Positions 17,712 to 27,174 of a DNA stretch of 64,000 nt are shown here, in pieces. Source of the DNA: an uncultured delta proteobacterium. GTDB taxonomy: Bacteria; Desulfobacterota; Binatia; HRBIN30; BPIQ01. Position 1 is the stretch's first letter, and each line of letters begins with the position of its first letter. The position numbers and the translations under genes were made by a program. The DNA lies in assembly GCA_963761335.1 (NCBI GenBank), contig CAVXGR010000011.1, positions 320,001 to 384,000 on the forward strand. Reading direction: 5' to 3'. The notes under the pieces are model-generated. The model made no database searches, was not told where the DNA came from, and saw only the letters and a program-made list of their open reading frames with translations.

Positions 17712-19055
17712 ATGGACGTCAACCCCGACAGCAAGCGCGTCGCGGTGATCGGCGGAGGTATCGCCGGGCTCGCCTCGGCGCACTACCTCCTGAACAACGG
17801 TTATGCACCGGTGGTCTTCGAAGGCGCCGACCGGCTCGGCGGCCTGGCCACCACCTTCGAGCATCGCGGCACCATCCTCGATTGCTTCTATCACGTCATC
17901 CTCGATTCCGACGCCGACCTCTGCGCCCTCACCGCCGAGCTCGGCATCGCCGACCAGCACATCTGGCGCGAGACCGGGATGGGGTTCCACATCGGCGGCA
18001 CGCTCTACGGCTTCAACAGCCCGCTCGACCTGCTGCGCTTCGACGCCCTCTCCGTCGCCGATCGGCTGCGCACCGGTCTCGGCGCCTTCTACATCACGCA
18101 GATGAAGAAGAAGGCCCTGGATCTCGACCGCGTCTACGCCCGCGACTGGCTGCTGCGCATCTTCGGGCGCCGCGTCTTCGAGCGCATCTGGGAGCCGCTG
18201 CTGCGCGCCAAGTTCGGCGAGCGTCTGGAGACCGTGCCCGCCTACTGGGTCTGGAACACCCTCAATCGCGAGAAGAACGGCAGTCAGGAAGTGAAGGGCT
18301 ATCTGCGCGGCGGCTATCACGGCTTCACGCTGGCGCTGCGCGACTCCATCCTGGCGCGCGGCGGCCAGATTCACCTGCGCACCCCGATCACCGCGATCGA
18401 GGAGCGCAACGGCCGGATCGGCGTCACCGCCGGTGGCCACGAGCACCAGTTCGAAGCGACCATCTCCACCCTGCCGCTGCCGTTGCTGGAGCGCATTGCG
18501 CGCGGCGCGCTGTCATCGCAGGTGCCGCTGCCGGAGCTGGGCTACCAGGGCGTGGTCAACGCCCTGGTGGTCTCGCGGCAGCCGCTGGAGCGCTTCTACT
18601 GGACGATCGTCGTCGATCCGCAGTTCCCGTTCCAGGGAGTGGTCGAGACCACGCACGTCATTCCCAGCGAGTCCATCGGCAATCGCCATCTGATCTATCT
18701 CATGAACTACTGCGAGGCCGATTCCGAGCCGTACACGCGCAGCGACGCCCTGGTAAAGCGCCAGGCGATCGAGGGGCTGCAGCATCTCTATCCGGGCTTC
18801 CGCCCCGCCGCGGTCGAGGATGTCTATGTCTTCCGCGCACCGCACGTGGAGCCGGTATGGTCGGTGGGCTATCTCCAGAAGCGGCCGGCGGCGCGCGTCG
18901 GCAGCTCCGCGCTCTACGTCAGCACCACGGCGCAGGCATACCCGCGCGTGACTGCCTGGAACACCAGCATCGGTCTCGCGCGTGAGACCGTGGAGGCCCT
19001 GGTCGGCGACCTACGCCAGCAGGTGGCCGACAGGGGAACGAGAGCCGCCGCGTGA
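17712..19055 (+). CDS. FAD-dependent oxidoreductase (amine-oxidase/protoporphyrinogen-oxidase-like fold)
   Basis: VAVIGGGIAGL, LGGLA, FYHVIL, GYLRGGY; AAGGAG upstream. Confidence 0.85.
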   Translation: MDVNPDSKRVAVIGGGIAGLASAHYLLNNGYAPVVFEGADRLGGLATTFEHRGTILDCFYHVILDSDADLCALTAELGIADQHIWRETGMGFHIGGTLYGFNSPLDLLRFDALSVADRLRTGLGAFYITQMKKKALDLDRVYARDWLLRIFGRRVFERIWEPLLRAKFGERLETVPAYWVWNTLNREKNGSQEVKGYLRGGYHGFTLALRDSILARGGQIHLRTPITAIEERNGRIGVTAGGHEHQFEATISTLPLPLLERIARGALSSQVPLPELGYQGVVNALVVSRQPLERFYWTIVVDPQFPFQGVVETTHVIPSESIGNRHLIYLMNYCEADSEPYTRSDALVKRQAIEGLQHLYPGFRPAAVEDVYVFRAPHVEPVWSVGYLQKRPAARVGSSALYVSTTAQAYPRVTAWNTSIGLARETVEALVGDLRQQVADRGTRAAA

Positions 19056-20428
19056 AACCCTCCTCCGCCATCGCTCGGCTCGAGGCGCATCCCGGCGCGG
19101 TGATCTTCACCGTCGCGCTCGCTGTGCGCCTCGGCTGGGTGCTCACTCTGGGGAATTCCGTGTCGTGGCCCGACGAGCGAGAGTTCATCGGCATCGCGCG
19201 CCATCTGCTGGCGGGCGATGGCTACATCGGCCCGAGCTATCGCGCCAATCCGATTCTGCCTCTCTATTTGGCGGCGATGTTCTCCCTGTTCGGCAAGGGC
19301 CTGGCGGCGGCGCGCATCGGCCAGAGCCTCGTCGGCGCGCTCACCTGCGTGCTCCTCTACCGCATCGGCACCCGCGTCGCTGGCCGCACTGCCGGGGTCG
19401 TCGCCGGCGCGGTGCTCGCCGTCTATCTGCCACACATCTACCTGAGCGGTGTGTTCTACGTGGAGTGCCTCTTCACTTTCTTCATCGCCCTCTCGGTGCT
19501 TCTCGCCATCACCGCCGCGGGCGGCGCGCACCCCTATCGCTGGGCTCTCGCCTGCGGCATCAGCTGCGGTTTGGCGGTGCTCACCCGACCCGTGTTTACC
19601 GCCGTCGTGCCGGCACTTTGCGCTGCCTGGATCTATGCCGGCTGGCCCGCGTGGCGGCGCCACCTCGCCGCATGCGCCGTCTGCGTCCTCGGCTGTGCGG
19701 CGGTGATCCTGCCGTGGACCGTGCGCAACCGCGTCGTCTACGGCCGTTGGGTGCCGGTGGCGAGCGGCTTCTACACGGCACTGTGGCAGGGCAACAACGT
19801 GCTCGCCGAGGGCGATGCCGACGACCGTTTCTTCTGGGACTCCGAACCCTGGCAGCGGCGGCTCCAGGAGCTCGATCCCGCCACCCGCGAGCACCTGCGC
19901 TCCACGTACGCGGACATCGAGCGCCGCAGCCGCGCGCTGGAGAAGCAGCTGGGGGATCAGTTTCTGGCAACCGACCAGATCCTCGGGCCGGTCGCCCTGG
20001 CGCAGATCAGCGCCAATCCGGGCCACACCCTCCGCCTGGCCGGCCGCAAGGTCCGCACCCTGTTCTCGGCGTTCACCGATACCGACACCGACAACGCCGT
20101 GACCTCGCCCGGGTATCGCATGGCGGCAGCGGCCGTCTACTACCCGGTGTTGGCCTTCGCCATTGCCGGCGCCCTTCTCGGGCTGCGGCAGAGCCGCGCC
20201 ATGGCAATCATCTACGCCGTGGTCGTCGCCCAGGTGGCGCTGTACGCGCTGCTGACCGCCTGCACGCGCTTCCGCCTGCCACTGGACCCCTACCTGATCC
20301 TCTTCGCCGCCATCGCCCTCACTCGCTTGCCAATCGGGGCCAGGGTCATCTGGAAGCGTGCCGCAGCAGCGGGCGCGCCCTACGTCGCCGAGCGGGAAGA
20401 AGCCCCGCGTGGCAGAAACGTCATCTGA
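19052..20428 (+). CDS. GT-C fold glycosyltransferase (ArnT/PMT_2, GT39-like)
   Basis: TM1 followed by PDE, multiple TMs, ECLF, LTRP, PWTVRN, RFRLPL. Confidence 0.8.
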   Translation: MKPSSAIARLEAHPGAVIFTVALAVRLGWVLTLGNSVSWPDEREFIGIARHLLAGDGYIGPSYRANPILPLYLAAMFSLFGKGLAAARIGQSLVGALTCVLLYRIGTRVAGRTAGVVAGAVLAVYLPHIYLSGVFYVECLFTFFIALSVLLAITAAGGAHPYRWALACGISCGLAVLTRPVFTAVVPALCAAWIYAGWPAWRRHLAACAVCVLGCAAVILPWTVRNRVVYGRWVPVASGFYTALWQGNNVLAEGDADDRFFWDSEPWQRRLQELDPATREHLRSTYADIERRSRALEKQLGDQFLATDQILGPVALAQISANPGHTLRLAGRKVRTLFSAFTDTDTDNAVTSPGYRMAAAAVYYPVLAFAIAGALLGLRQSRAMAIIYAVVVAQVALYALLTACTRFRLPLDPYLILFAAIALTRLPIGARVIWKRAAAAGAPYVAEREEAPRGRNVI

Positions 20429-20457
20429 GCCGCCAGGCCCACAATCGCAGGAGAGAA

Positions 20458-21738
20458 ATGCAAACGAACGCATCGCTACCCCTTCCGTCGGACGCCAACC
20501 ATACCGGTCGCGACCTCGGTGAGTCCGAGCTCGACCTGCTGCGCCAGGTCATCGAGTCGGGAACGCTCAACTGCACCAAGGGAACCCAGGTGAATGCGTT
20601 CGAGCGCGAGTTCGCGGCCCGCTTCGGCGCGGCGCACGCCCGCGCCGTGACCTCGGGGACCGCCGCCGTCCACACCGCCATCGCCGCTGTCGACCCGGAG
20701 CCGGGGGACGAGATCATCACCACGCCGGTCACCGACATGGGAGCCATCGCCCCGATTCTCTTTCAGCAGGCGATCCCGGTATTCGCCGACGTCGATCCGG
20801 TTTCGCTCAACGTCACTCCGCAGAGCGTCGCTGCGCGCCTCACGGCGCGCACCCGGGCGATCATCGCCACTCATCTCTTCGGCAGTCCCTGCGACATGGA
20901 GGGCATCCGGGCTCTGGCGGCGCCGCTCGGGATTCCCGTGATCGAGGACTGCGCGCAAGCGTTTCTCGCCAGCTACAACGGCCAGCTGGTCGGCACCATC
21001 GGCGACATCGGCGCCTTCAGCTTTCAACAGGGCAAGCACATGACCACCGGCGAAGGCGGCGTGGTGATCACCAACGACGCCGGCCGGGCACGCTGGATGC
21101 GGCTGTTCAGCGACAAGGCCTGGGGATACGGCGACCCCGATCCCGACCACTACTTCCTGGCCCTCAACTATCGCATGACCGACCTGCAGGGAGCGGTGGC
21201 GCGCGCCCAGCTGGAGAAGCTCGACGGCGTCGTGGCGCGGCGGCAGGCCTCGGCCTCGCGACTGACGCGCGAGCTCGCCGGCCTGCCGGGGCTGACGCTG
21301 CCGGCGCCGCTGCGCGGCGCCTCGCACGTCTACTGGAAGTACGCCATCAGCGTCGACCCCGAGATCATCGAAGGCGGCGCCGACGCCTTCGGCGCCGCCC
21401 TCAAGGCGGCGGGCATCTTCTGCGCGCCGCGCTACATCCAAAAGCCCGCGTTCGAGTGCCGCGTGTTCACCGAGCGCAAGACGTACGGCCGCAGTCGCTG
21501 CCCGTTCTCCTGCCGCGAACGCGAAGGCGGCGCTCCCGTGGTCTACGACATTGCCGACTACCCGGGCACCCGCCAGGGGCTCGAGCGCATCGTCGTGCTT
21601 CCCTGGAACGAGTTCTACACCGAGGAACACGTCCGCTTCATCGCCCACACCATCCGCAGCGTCACCGGTACGCTGTGCCGCGAGTCCCTTTCCGGCGCTC
21701 GGCGCGACGCCGGGCGCGGCCGCCAGCTGGAGGCCTGA
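20458..21738 (+). CDS. DegT/DnrJ/EryC1/StrS PLP sugar aminotransferase
   Basis: SGTAA, PVFADVD, IEDCAQA, FSFQQGKHMTTGEGG, NYRM. Confidence 0.93.
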   Translation: MQTNASLPLPSDANHTGRDLGESELDLLRQVIESGTLNCTKGTQVNAFEREFAARFGAAHARAVTSGTAAVHTAIAAVDPEPGDEIITTPVTDMGAIAPILFQQAIPVFADVDPVSLNVTPQSVAARLTARTRAIIATHLFGSPCDMEGIRALAAPLGIPVIEDCAQAFLASYNGQLVGTIGDIGAFSFQQGKHMTTGEGGVVITNDAGRARWMRLFSDKAWGYGDPDPDHYFLALNYRMTDLQGAVARAQLEKLDGVVARRQASASRLTRELAGLPGLTLPAPLRGASHVYWKYAISVDPEIIEGGADAFGAALKAAGIFCAPRYIQKPAFECRVFTERKTYGRSRCPFSCREREGGAPVVYDIADYPGTRQGLERIVVLPWNEFYTEEHVRFIAHTIRSVTGTLCRESLSGARRDAGRGRQLEA

Positions 21739-21757
21739 GAGCCCCACGCCCTCTCCC

Positions 21758-23272
21758 ATGGATTCACCTCCGATCGCCCTCCTCTGGCTGCTGATTCCAC
21801 TCGTCGGCGCACTGGCGTTCACCGCGCCGCCGTACGTGCTGATCGGGCTGGACCTGCTGCTGGTGTTCTACCCCGGCGAGTGGCTGTTGTCCGGAACCTC
21901 GGTGGATCCGAGCGACATCGTCTTCGCCGGCGTCGTGCTGTCGCTGCTGGTTCGTCGCCGGGCGCTCCACGACCTGTGGCGCGCCCTGGAGCCGTACGCG
22001 AGTCTGATCGCCGCCTCTTCGGCGGTGATCGTGGCGGCCATGCTCACGGCCATGCTGAGCGACCCGGCGAAGTTCAATTCCATCATGGTGCCGGCGTACA
22101 TCGTGTACTTCGCCGGCATCGGCACGGCGCTGCTGCTCTCGGGGTGGGCCTTCCGCGGCGACCCGCGCCTGCCCGCCCTCGGACTGTGGATCGTGTACGG
22201 CACGATCGCCTCGGTCGCCTATCTCCACGCTCCCGACAGCCGCGCCAGCCTCACCAGCCCGGTGGCGGTGGCCTACCAGCTCTACCGCTACGCCTGGAAG
22301 CCGACGCTCTACTACGCGATGGTCGTGCTGCTGCTCGGCGACGGGCGCAAGCTGCAGACGGTGCTGCTGGCGATGGTGCTGGTCGGCGACATCTGCGCCA
22401 TCCAGGGCACGCTGCAGAGCTTTTCCGGTCTGGAGGCGACCGGCCCCTTCAACCAGAAGAACGGCCTCGGCGCCTTCCTGGTCGTGCCCTTTCTCCTCTC
22501 GTTCTCGTGCTTTCTCTACCCGCCCTCGCGGCGGCAGCGCCTGTTCTTCGGCGCCAGCGTGCTGCTGCTGGTGCGCGGCTTGGTGAGCGCCGCCTCGCGC
22601 GGGGCGCTGGTGGCGACGGTCGCCGGAAGCGGCATGATGTTCGGGTTGCTGCTGCTGACGGCGCACGGCTCGCGGCGGGTGGTGCGCGTCGCGGCGCTCG
22701 GGCTCCTGCTGTTGCCGGCGGCATTGGCACTCAAGCCCGACATTCTCCAGCGCCCCAACGTCCGCTTCCTGCTCGAGGCGGTCCATCCCGAGGACGTCGA
22801 CAACTACCAGTGGCGCAAGGAGGAGCGCTGGCCCTATTTCTTCCACAAGATGGTCGACCACCCGTGGTTCGGGGTGGGCGCCGACACCGACTACAGCCTC
22901 GGCGAGACCTGCGCGACGCCGCACAACGGCTATCTCTCGGCCGGCGTCACCAACGGCATTCCCGGGCTGGCGCTGCTGGTGCTGCTCGCCGGGCTCGGCG
23001 TCGGCAAGGGGCTCCTGGTCTTCTGGAAGAGCGCCGATCGCTCGCGGCAGGTGCTCGGGCTCACCATCGCCGCCGCCGTCTTCGCGCTGATGACCCACAA
23101 CTACGTCGACCGTGTGCTTCTCAACCAGGGCCCGGGAGAGTTCTTCTGGCTGCTGATCGCCATCGCCTCGGTGCTGGTGCACAGCGAGGCGACCTTCCGG
23201 CGGAAGCTCTATGCCCCGGAGCCGTCCCGGCACGCTGCCCCGCTGGGCGCCAGCGCGGCGGTGAACGGATGA
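21758..23272 (+). CDS. Wzy_C/O-antigen ligase family membrane protein (probable polymerase)
   Basis: Many TMs, GPFNQKN, SRGA, HPWFGVG, PHNGYL. Confidence 0.8.
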   Translation: MDSPPIALLWLLIPLVGALAFTAPPYVLIGLDLLLVFYPGEWLLSGTSVDPSDIVFAGVVLSLLVRRRALHDLWRALEPYASLIAASSAVIVAAMLTAMLSDPAKFNSIMVPAYIVYFAGIGTALLLSGWAFRGDPRLPALGLWIVYGTIASVAYLHAPDSRASLTSPVAVAYQLYRYAWKPTLYYAMVVLLLGDGRKLQTVLLAMVLVGDICAIQGTLQSFSGLEATGPFNQKNGLGAFLVVPFLLSFSCFLYPPSRRQRLFFGASVLLLVRGLVSAASRGALVATVAGSGMMFGLLLLTAHGSRRVVRVAALGLLLLPAALALKPDILQRPNVRFLLEAVHPEDVDNYQWRKEERWPYFFHKMVDHPWFGVGADTDYSLGETCATPHNGYLSAGVTNGIPGLALLVLLAGLGVGKGLLVFWKSADRSRQVLGLTIAAAVFALMTHNYVDRVLLNQGPGEFFWLLIAIASVLVHSEATFRRKLYAPEPSRHAAPLGASAAVNG

Positions 23273-24546
23273 AGAAGTCCATGTCATCGCTCCCCCAGAT
23301 CACAGGCTTGCCGGACCCCGGCGACTCGCGGCGCGTGCGACTCCACAGCGTCGACGGGGCGGCCGCGCCGGCGCCGGTCTCTTCCGCCGAAGAGGATCGG
23401 CGCCGGCTGAAGATCGCCATGATCGGCGGGCGCGGCGTGGCCAACACCTACAGCGGCATCGAGACCTACTATGAGGAGGTCGGCTCGCGGCTGGCGGCGC
23501 GCGGCCACGAGGTGGTCGTCTACTGCCGCACCCACTTCACCCCGGCGATGGAGAGCTATCGCGGCATCCGCGTTCACCGCTTGCCGTCGTTGAAGACCAA
23601 GCACCTGGATACGCTGGTCCACACGATCTTGAGCACCGTGGACGCCGTGCCGCGCGGCTTCGACATCATCCACTACCACGCGCTCGGCCCGAGCCTCTTC
23701 GCCCTGCTGCCGCGCCTCTTCGGGCGAGCGACGGTGGCCTCGGTGCACGGGCTCGACTGGCAGCGCGGCAAGTGGGGGCGCGTGGCGCGCACGGCGCTGC
23801 GCGCCTGCGAATGGGCCTCGGCGCGCTGCCCGACGTCGACCATCGTCGTCTCGCGCACGCTGCAGCGGCACTATCTCGAGGTACAGGGGCGCACCACCGA
23901 GTTCGTCCCCAATGCCGTCCTGCCGAGCCCAGCGCGGCCGCCGGAGCGTATTCTCGCCCGCGGCCTGCAGAAAGACGGCTATCTTCTCTTCGCCGGCCGG
24001 CTCTCCCCGGAAAAGGGCGTGCATACCCTGCTCGAGGCGCTGCGGCCGCTGCGCGGCCGCAAGAAGCTGGTGATTGCCGGCGGCAGCAGCTTCGCCGACA
24101 CCTACGTCCAGAGCCTGCACGCCGCCGCCTGGGAGGACGTCGTCTTCCTCGGCAACGTCGACCGGCAGACGATGGAAGAACTCTACAGCAACTGCTACGC
24201 CTTCGTCCTCCCCTCGGTGATGGAGGGTCTTTCGGTGGCCCTGCTCGAGGCCCTCGCCTTCGGCGCCTGCATCATCACCACCGACATCCCCGAGAACCTG
24301 GAGGTGGTCGGCACCGCGGCGCTGACCTTCCCGCCGGGAGACGTGAGCGCGCTCCGCCTCGCCCTCGAGCAGATCCTCGACAGCCGCGTGGTGGTCGAGG
24401 CCTATCGGCAGCGCGCCCGCGAGCACGCCGGCGTGCAACCGGACTGGGAGGAAGTGGCGCGGCTCACCGAGGCGGTCTACTACCGCTGCCTCGACGGCGC
24501 CGCGCCGGAATACCCGGCCACAGGGGTACCGCCATGTCGCGACTGA
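23269..24546 (+). CDS. GT4 glycosyltransferase
   Basis: KIAMIGGRG, HGLDWQRGKW, GRLSPEKG, EGLSVALLEA. Confidence 0.9.
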   Translation: MKKSMSSLPQITGLPDPGDSRRVRLHSVDGAAAPAPVSSAEEDRRRLKIAMIGGRGVANTYSGIETYYEEVGSRLAARGHEVVVYCRTHFTPAMESYRGIRVHRLPSLKTKHLDTLVHTILSTVDAVPRGFDIIHYHALGPSLFALLPRLFGRATVASVHGLDWQRGKWGRVARTALRACEWASARCPTSTIVVSRTLQRHYLEVQGRTTEFVPNAVLPSPARPPERILARGLQKDGYLLFAGRLSPEKGVHTLLEALRPLRGRKKLVIAGGSSFADTYVQSLHAAAWEDVVFLGNVDRQTMEELYSNCYAFVLPSVMEGLSVALLEALAFGACIITTDIPENLEVVGTAALTFPPGDVSALRLALEQILDSRVVVEAYRQRAREHAGVQPDWEEVARLTEAVYYRCLDGAAPEYPATGVPPCRD

Positions 24547-26009
24547 ACTTCTCGCGGCAGTACCTGACGTACACCGCCGGCCTGCTGATGCAGAAGGTCG
24601 CGGCCTTCGTCCTCATCCCGCTCTATACCGCGGTGCTCACCACCGGCGACTACGGCACCCTCGAGCTGCTCAGCAACTTCGTCGGGCTGGCGGCGCTGGT
24701 CGCCGTGCTCGGCGTGCCCTCGGCAATGAACAAGTGCTACCACCGCGACTGCGCCAACGAGAGCGAGCGGAGCGAGCTGCTGGGAACGACAATCCTCTTC
24801 ACCCTGCCCGCGGCGCTGGCCATCGTCGTCGTCGCCTTCACCTTCGACCGGGCCCTCGCCACGGCGATGTTCGCGCGCCCGGAATGGGCGTTCTACGTGC
24901 GCCTGGCGCTGATCATGCTGGCGCTGATGCAGACCTCGCTGATCCCCATGGAGCTGATGCGCACCCTCGGACGCGCCGGGCAGTACGTCGCCTTCAGCCT
25001 GCTGCAGATGCTCGTGCAGATCGGTATCAGCGTCCTCCTGCTTCTCCAGTTTCGGCTCGGGGTCACCGCGGTGCTGCTCGGCAACATCGCCGGCTACGCG
25101 GTCGTACAGCTGGTGAGCCTCCCGATGCTGTGGCGGCACGCGACCTTCACCCTGTCGCCGCGCCACCTCCGCCATCTGGCCGCCTTCGGTCTGCTGCTGG
25201 TGCCGATCAGCGCCTGCGGCTGGATCGTCAACGTCTCCGACCGCTTCTTTCTGCAGCGCCTGGCCTCCGACGCCGAGGTCGGCCTGTACGCCCTCGGCTA
25301 CAAGTTCGGCATGCTCGTCGAGCTGGTCCTGGTTCTGCCCTTCCAGAAGGCGTGGAACCCGTACTACTTCCGCATTGCCGACAGCCCGGAGGCGCCGCGG
25401 GTGTTCGGTCGCGTCCTCACCTATTACATTCTCCTGCTGTGCCTCGGCGTCGGCCTGATGTCGGCCTGCGGCGCCTCGGCTCTGCGCCTGCTGGCGCATC
25501 CCGATTTCTATCGCGCCGGCGGGGTGATTCCGCTGATCGCCTCCTCGTACGGGCTCTCGGGCCTGGTCATGTGCCTGTCGACGGCGCTCATCGTCAGCGC
25601 CCGCACCCGTTTCGTCGCCGCCATCGCCGTCACCGGGGCCGCCGTCAACACCGTTCTCAACATCACCCTGATCCCCGGGAGCGGCATGATGGGCGCGGCG
25701 ATCTCGACGCTGGCCACCTTCGCCACCACCGGCCTCCTGACCGTCTGGGCCGTGGCTCGTTGGTATCCGATTCCACTGGAGAAAATGCGATTGGCGAAGG
25801 TCGGCCTCAGCGCCGCGGCGCTGACGGGGGCGGCCTTTCTGGTCAACGCCTCGGGCCCGGAGATCGAGATCCTGGCGCGGGCCTCGATTTTGCTCTCCCT
25901 GCCTCTGGTCCTCTTCGCCGTCGGCTTCTTCAGCGACGAGGAGGTGGAGTCGATGAAGGCGGTAGTGCTGCGCCTGGGCACGCGCGGCACGGTATCGGGA
26001 GCGAGCTGA
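24534..26009 (+). CDS. wzx: Wzx-type oligosaccharide flippase
   Basis: LIPLYTAVLTTGDYG, SDRFFL, VGLYALGYK, NITLIP..GMMGAA; many TMs. Confidence 0.88.
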   Translation: MSRLNFSRQYLTYTAGLLMQKVAAFVLIPLYTAVLTTGDYGTLELLSNFVGLAALVAVLGVPSAMNKCYHRDCANESERSELLGTTILFTLPAALAIVVVAFTFDRALATAMFARPEWAFYVRLALIMLALMQTSLIPMELMRTLGRAGQYVAFSLLQMLVQIGISVLLLLQFRLGVTAVLLGNIAGYAVVQLVSLPMLWRHATFTLSPRHLRHLAAFGLLLVPISACGWIVNVSDRFFLQRLASDAEVGLYALGYKFGMLVELVLVLPFQKAWNPYYFRIADSPEAPRVFGRVLTYYILLLCLGVGLMSACGASALRLLAHPDFYRAGGVIPLIASSYGLSGLVMCLSTALIVSARTRFVAAIAVTGAAVNTVLNITLIPGSGMMGAAISTLATFATTGLLTVWAVARWYPIPLEKMRLAKVGLSAAALTGAAFLVNASGPEIEILARASILLSLPLVLFAVGFFSDEEVESMKAVVLRLGTRGTVSGAS

Positions 26010-27166
26010 TGGGCATGGCCCAGGCCATTGATGTGCACGAGGACAGCGCCGAGAGGCGCCGGATCCTTCTCCTCAGCCAGGACCTGGACATCTGGGGTGC
26101 GCAACGGCAGATCGTCGAGCTGGCGAAGGGGCTGGCGCGGCACCACCACGACGTGCGCCTGGGCGCCCTGGCGGCGGACGGACCTCTGCGCGCCGAGCTC
26201 ATCGAGCACGGCATCCCCGTCGAGTCCTTCGCGCGTCGCTGGCGCTGGGACCTCTCGCCGATTGCGAGGCTCGCTTCCTATCTGCGCTCCCAGCGCATCG
26301 AGGTCGTACACGCGTTCATGTTCCTGCCGAACTTCTACTCGCGCCTCGCCGGGCGCTGGGCGGGAACGCCCGCGGTCATCTCCTCGCTGCGCTCCACCGG
26401 GATCGAGGGATGGCCGCGCTACGCCGCGGACGTGGCGACCTGCTTTCTCTGCGATGCGATGATCGCCAACTCGGCGGCCGGGCGCGACCACTATCTGCGC
26501 CGTGGCGGCCTGCGCAGCCGCATGGCGGTGGTGCGCAACGGCTGGGCGCCGCGCCGGGCCGTGCCCGAACCGGCGGCCGCCGCGCGGCGCCGCGACTGGG
26601 GTCTGCAGCGCTTCCGGCAGCTGATCGGCATGGTGGGTGCCCTCGAGTGGCGCAAGGATCAGCGGCGGCTCATCGAGGCGATGGTGGAGATCTCCCGCAG
26701 CGCACCGGACACGGGTCTGGTGCTCGCCGGCGACGGTTCGCGGCGGCGCCCCCTGGGCGACCTGGCGCAGAGCCTCGGCCTCGGCGATCGCGTCGTCTTC
26801 CTCGGCACGCTGGCCAACCCAGATCCGCTCTACGACCTCCTCGACGTCTACGTCCAGGCGTCGTTCGAGGGAGAGGGAATCTCCAACAGCATCCTCGAAG
26901 CCATGGCGCATGCGCGGCCGGTGATCGCCACCGACGTCGGCGGCAATCGCGAGGTCGTCGCCGATCAGCGCACCGGCATACTGATTCCGCCGGGCGACGC
27001 TGCCGCCCTCGCCGGCGGCGTACTGGCCCTGCTCGCCGACGATGCCCGGCGCCAGCGCATGGGCCGCGCCGGCGCCGCCCGTGTGCAGCAGGAGTTCGGT
27101 CTGGAGACGATGATCGAGGCCACCGAGAGCATCTACGACGCCGTCCTGCGGCGGCGGACGGAGTGA
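26009..27166 (+). CDS. GT4 glycosyltransferase
   Basis: GAQRQ, EGISNSILEAMA, ATDVGGNRE. Confidence 0.9.
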   Translation: MGMAQAIDVHEDSAERRRILLLSQDLDIWGAQRQIVELAKGLARHHHDVRLGALAADGPLRAELIEHGIPVESFARRWRWDLSPIARLASYLRSQRIEVVHAFMFLPNFYSRLAGRWAGTPAVISSLRSTGIEGWPRYAADVATCFLCDAMIANSAAGRDHYLRRGGLRSRMAVVRNGWAPRRAVPEPAAAARRRDWGLQRFRQLIGMVGALEWRKDQRRLIEAMVEISRSAPDTGLVLAGDGSRRRPLGDLAQSLGLGDRVVFLGTLANPDPLYDLLDVYVQASFEGEGISNSILEAMAHARPVIATDVGGNREVVADQRTGILIPPGDAAALAGGVLALLADDARRQRMGRAGAARVQQEFGLETMIEATESIYDAVLRRRTE

Positions 27167-27174
27167 GCCGCAGC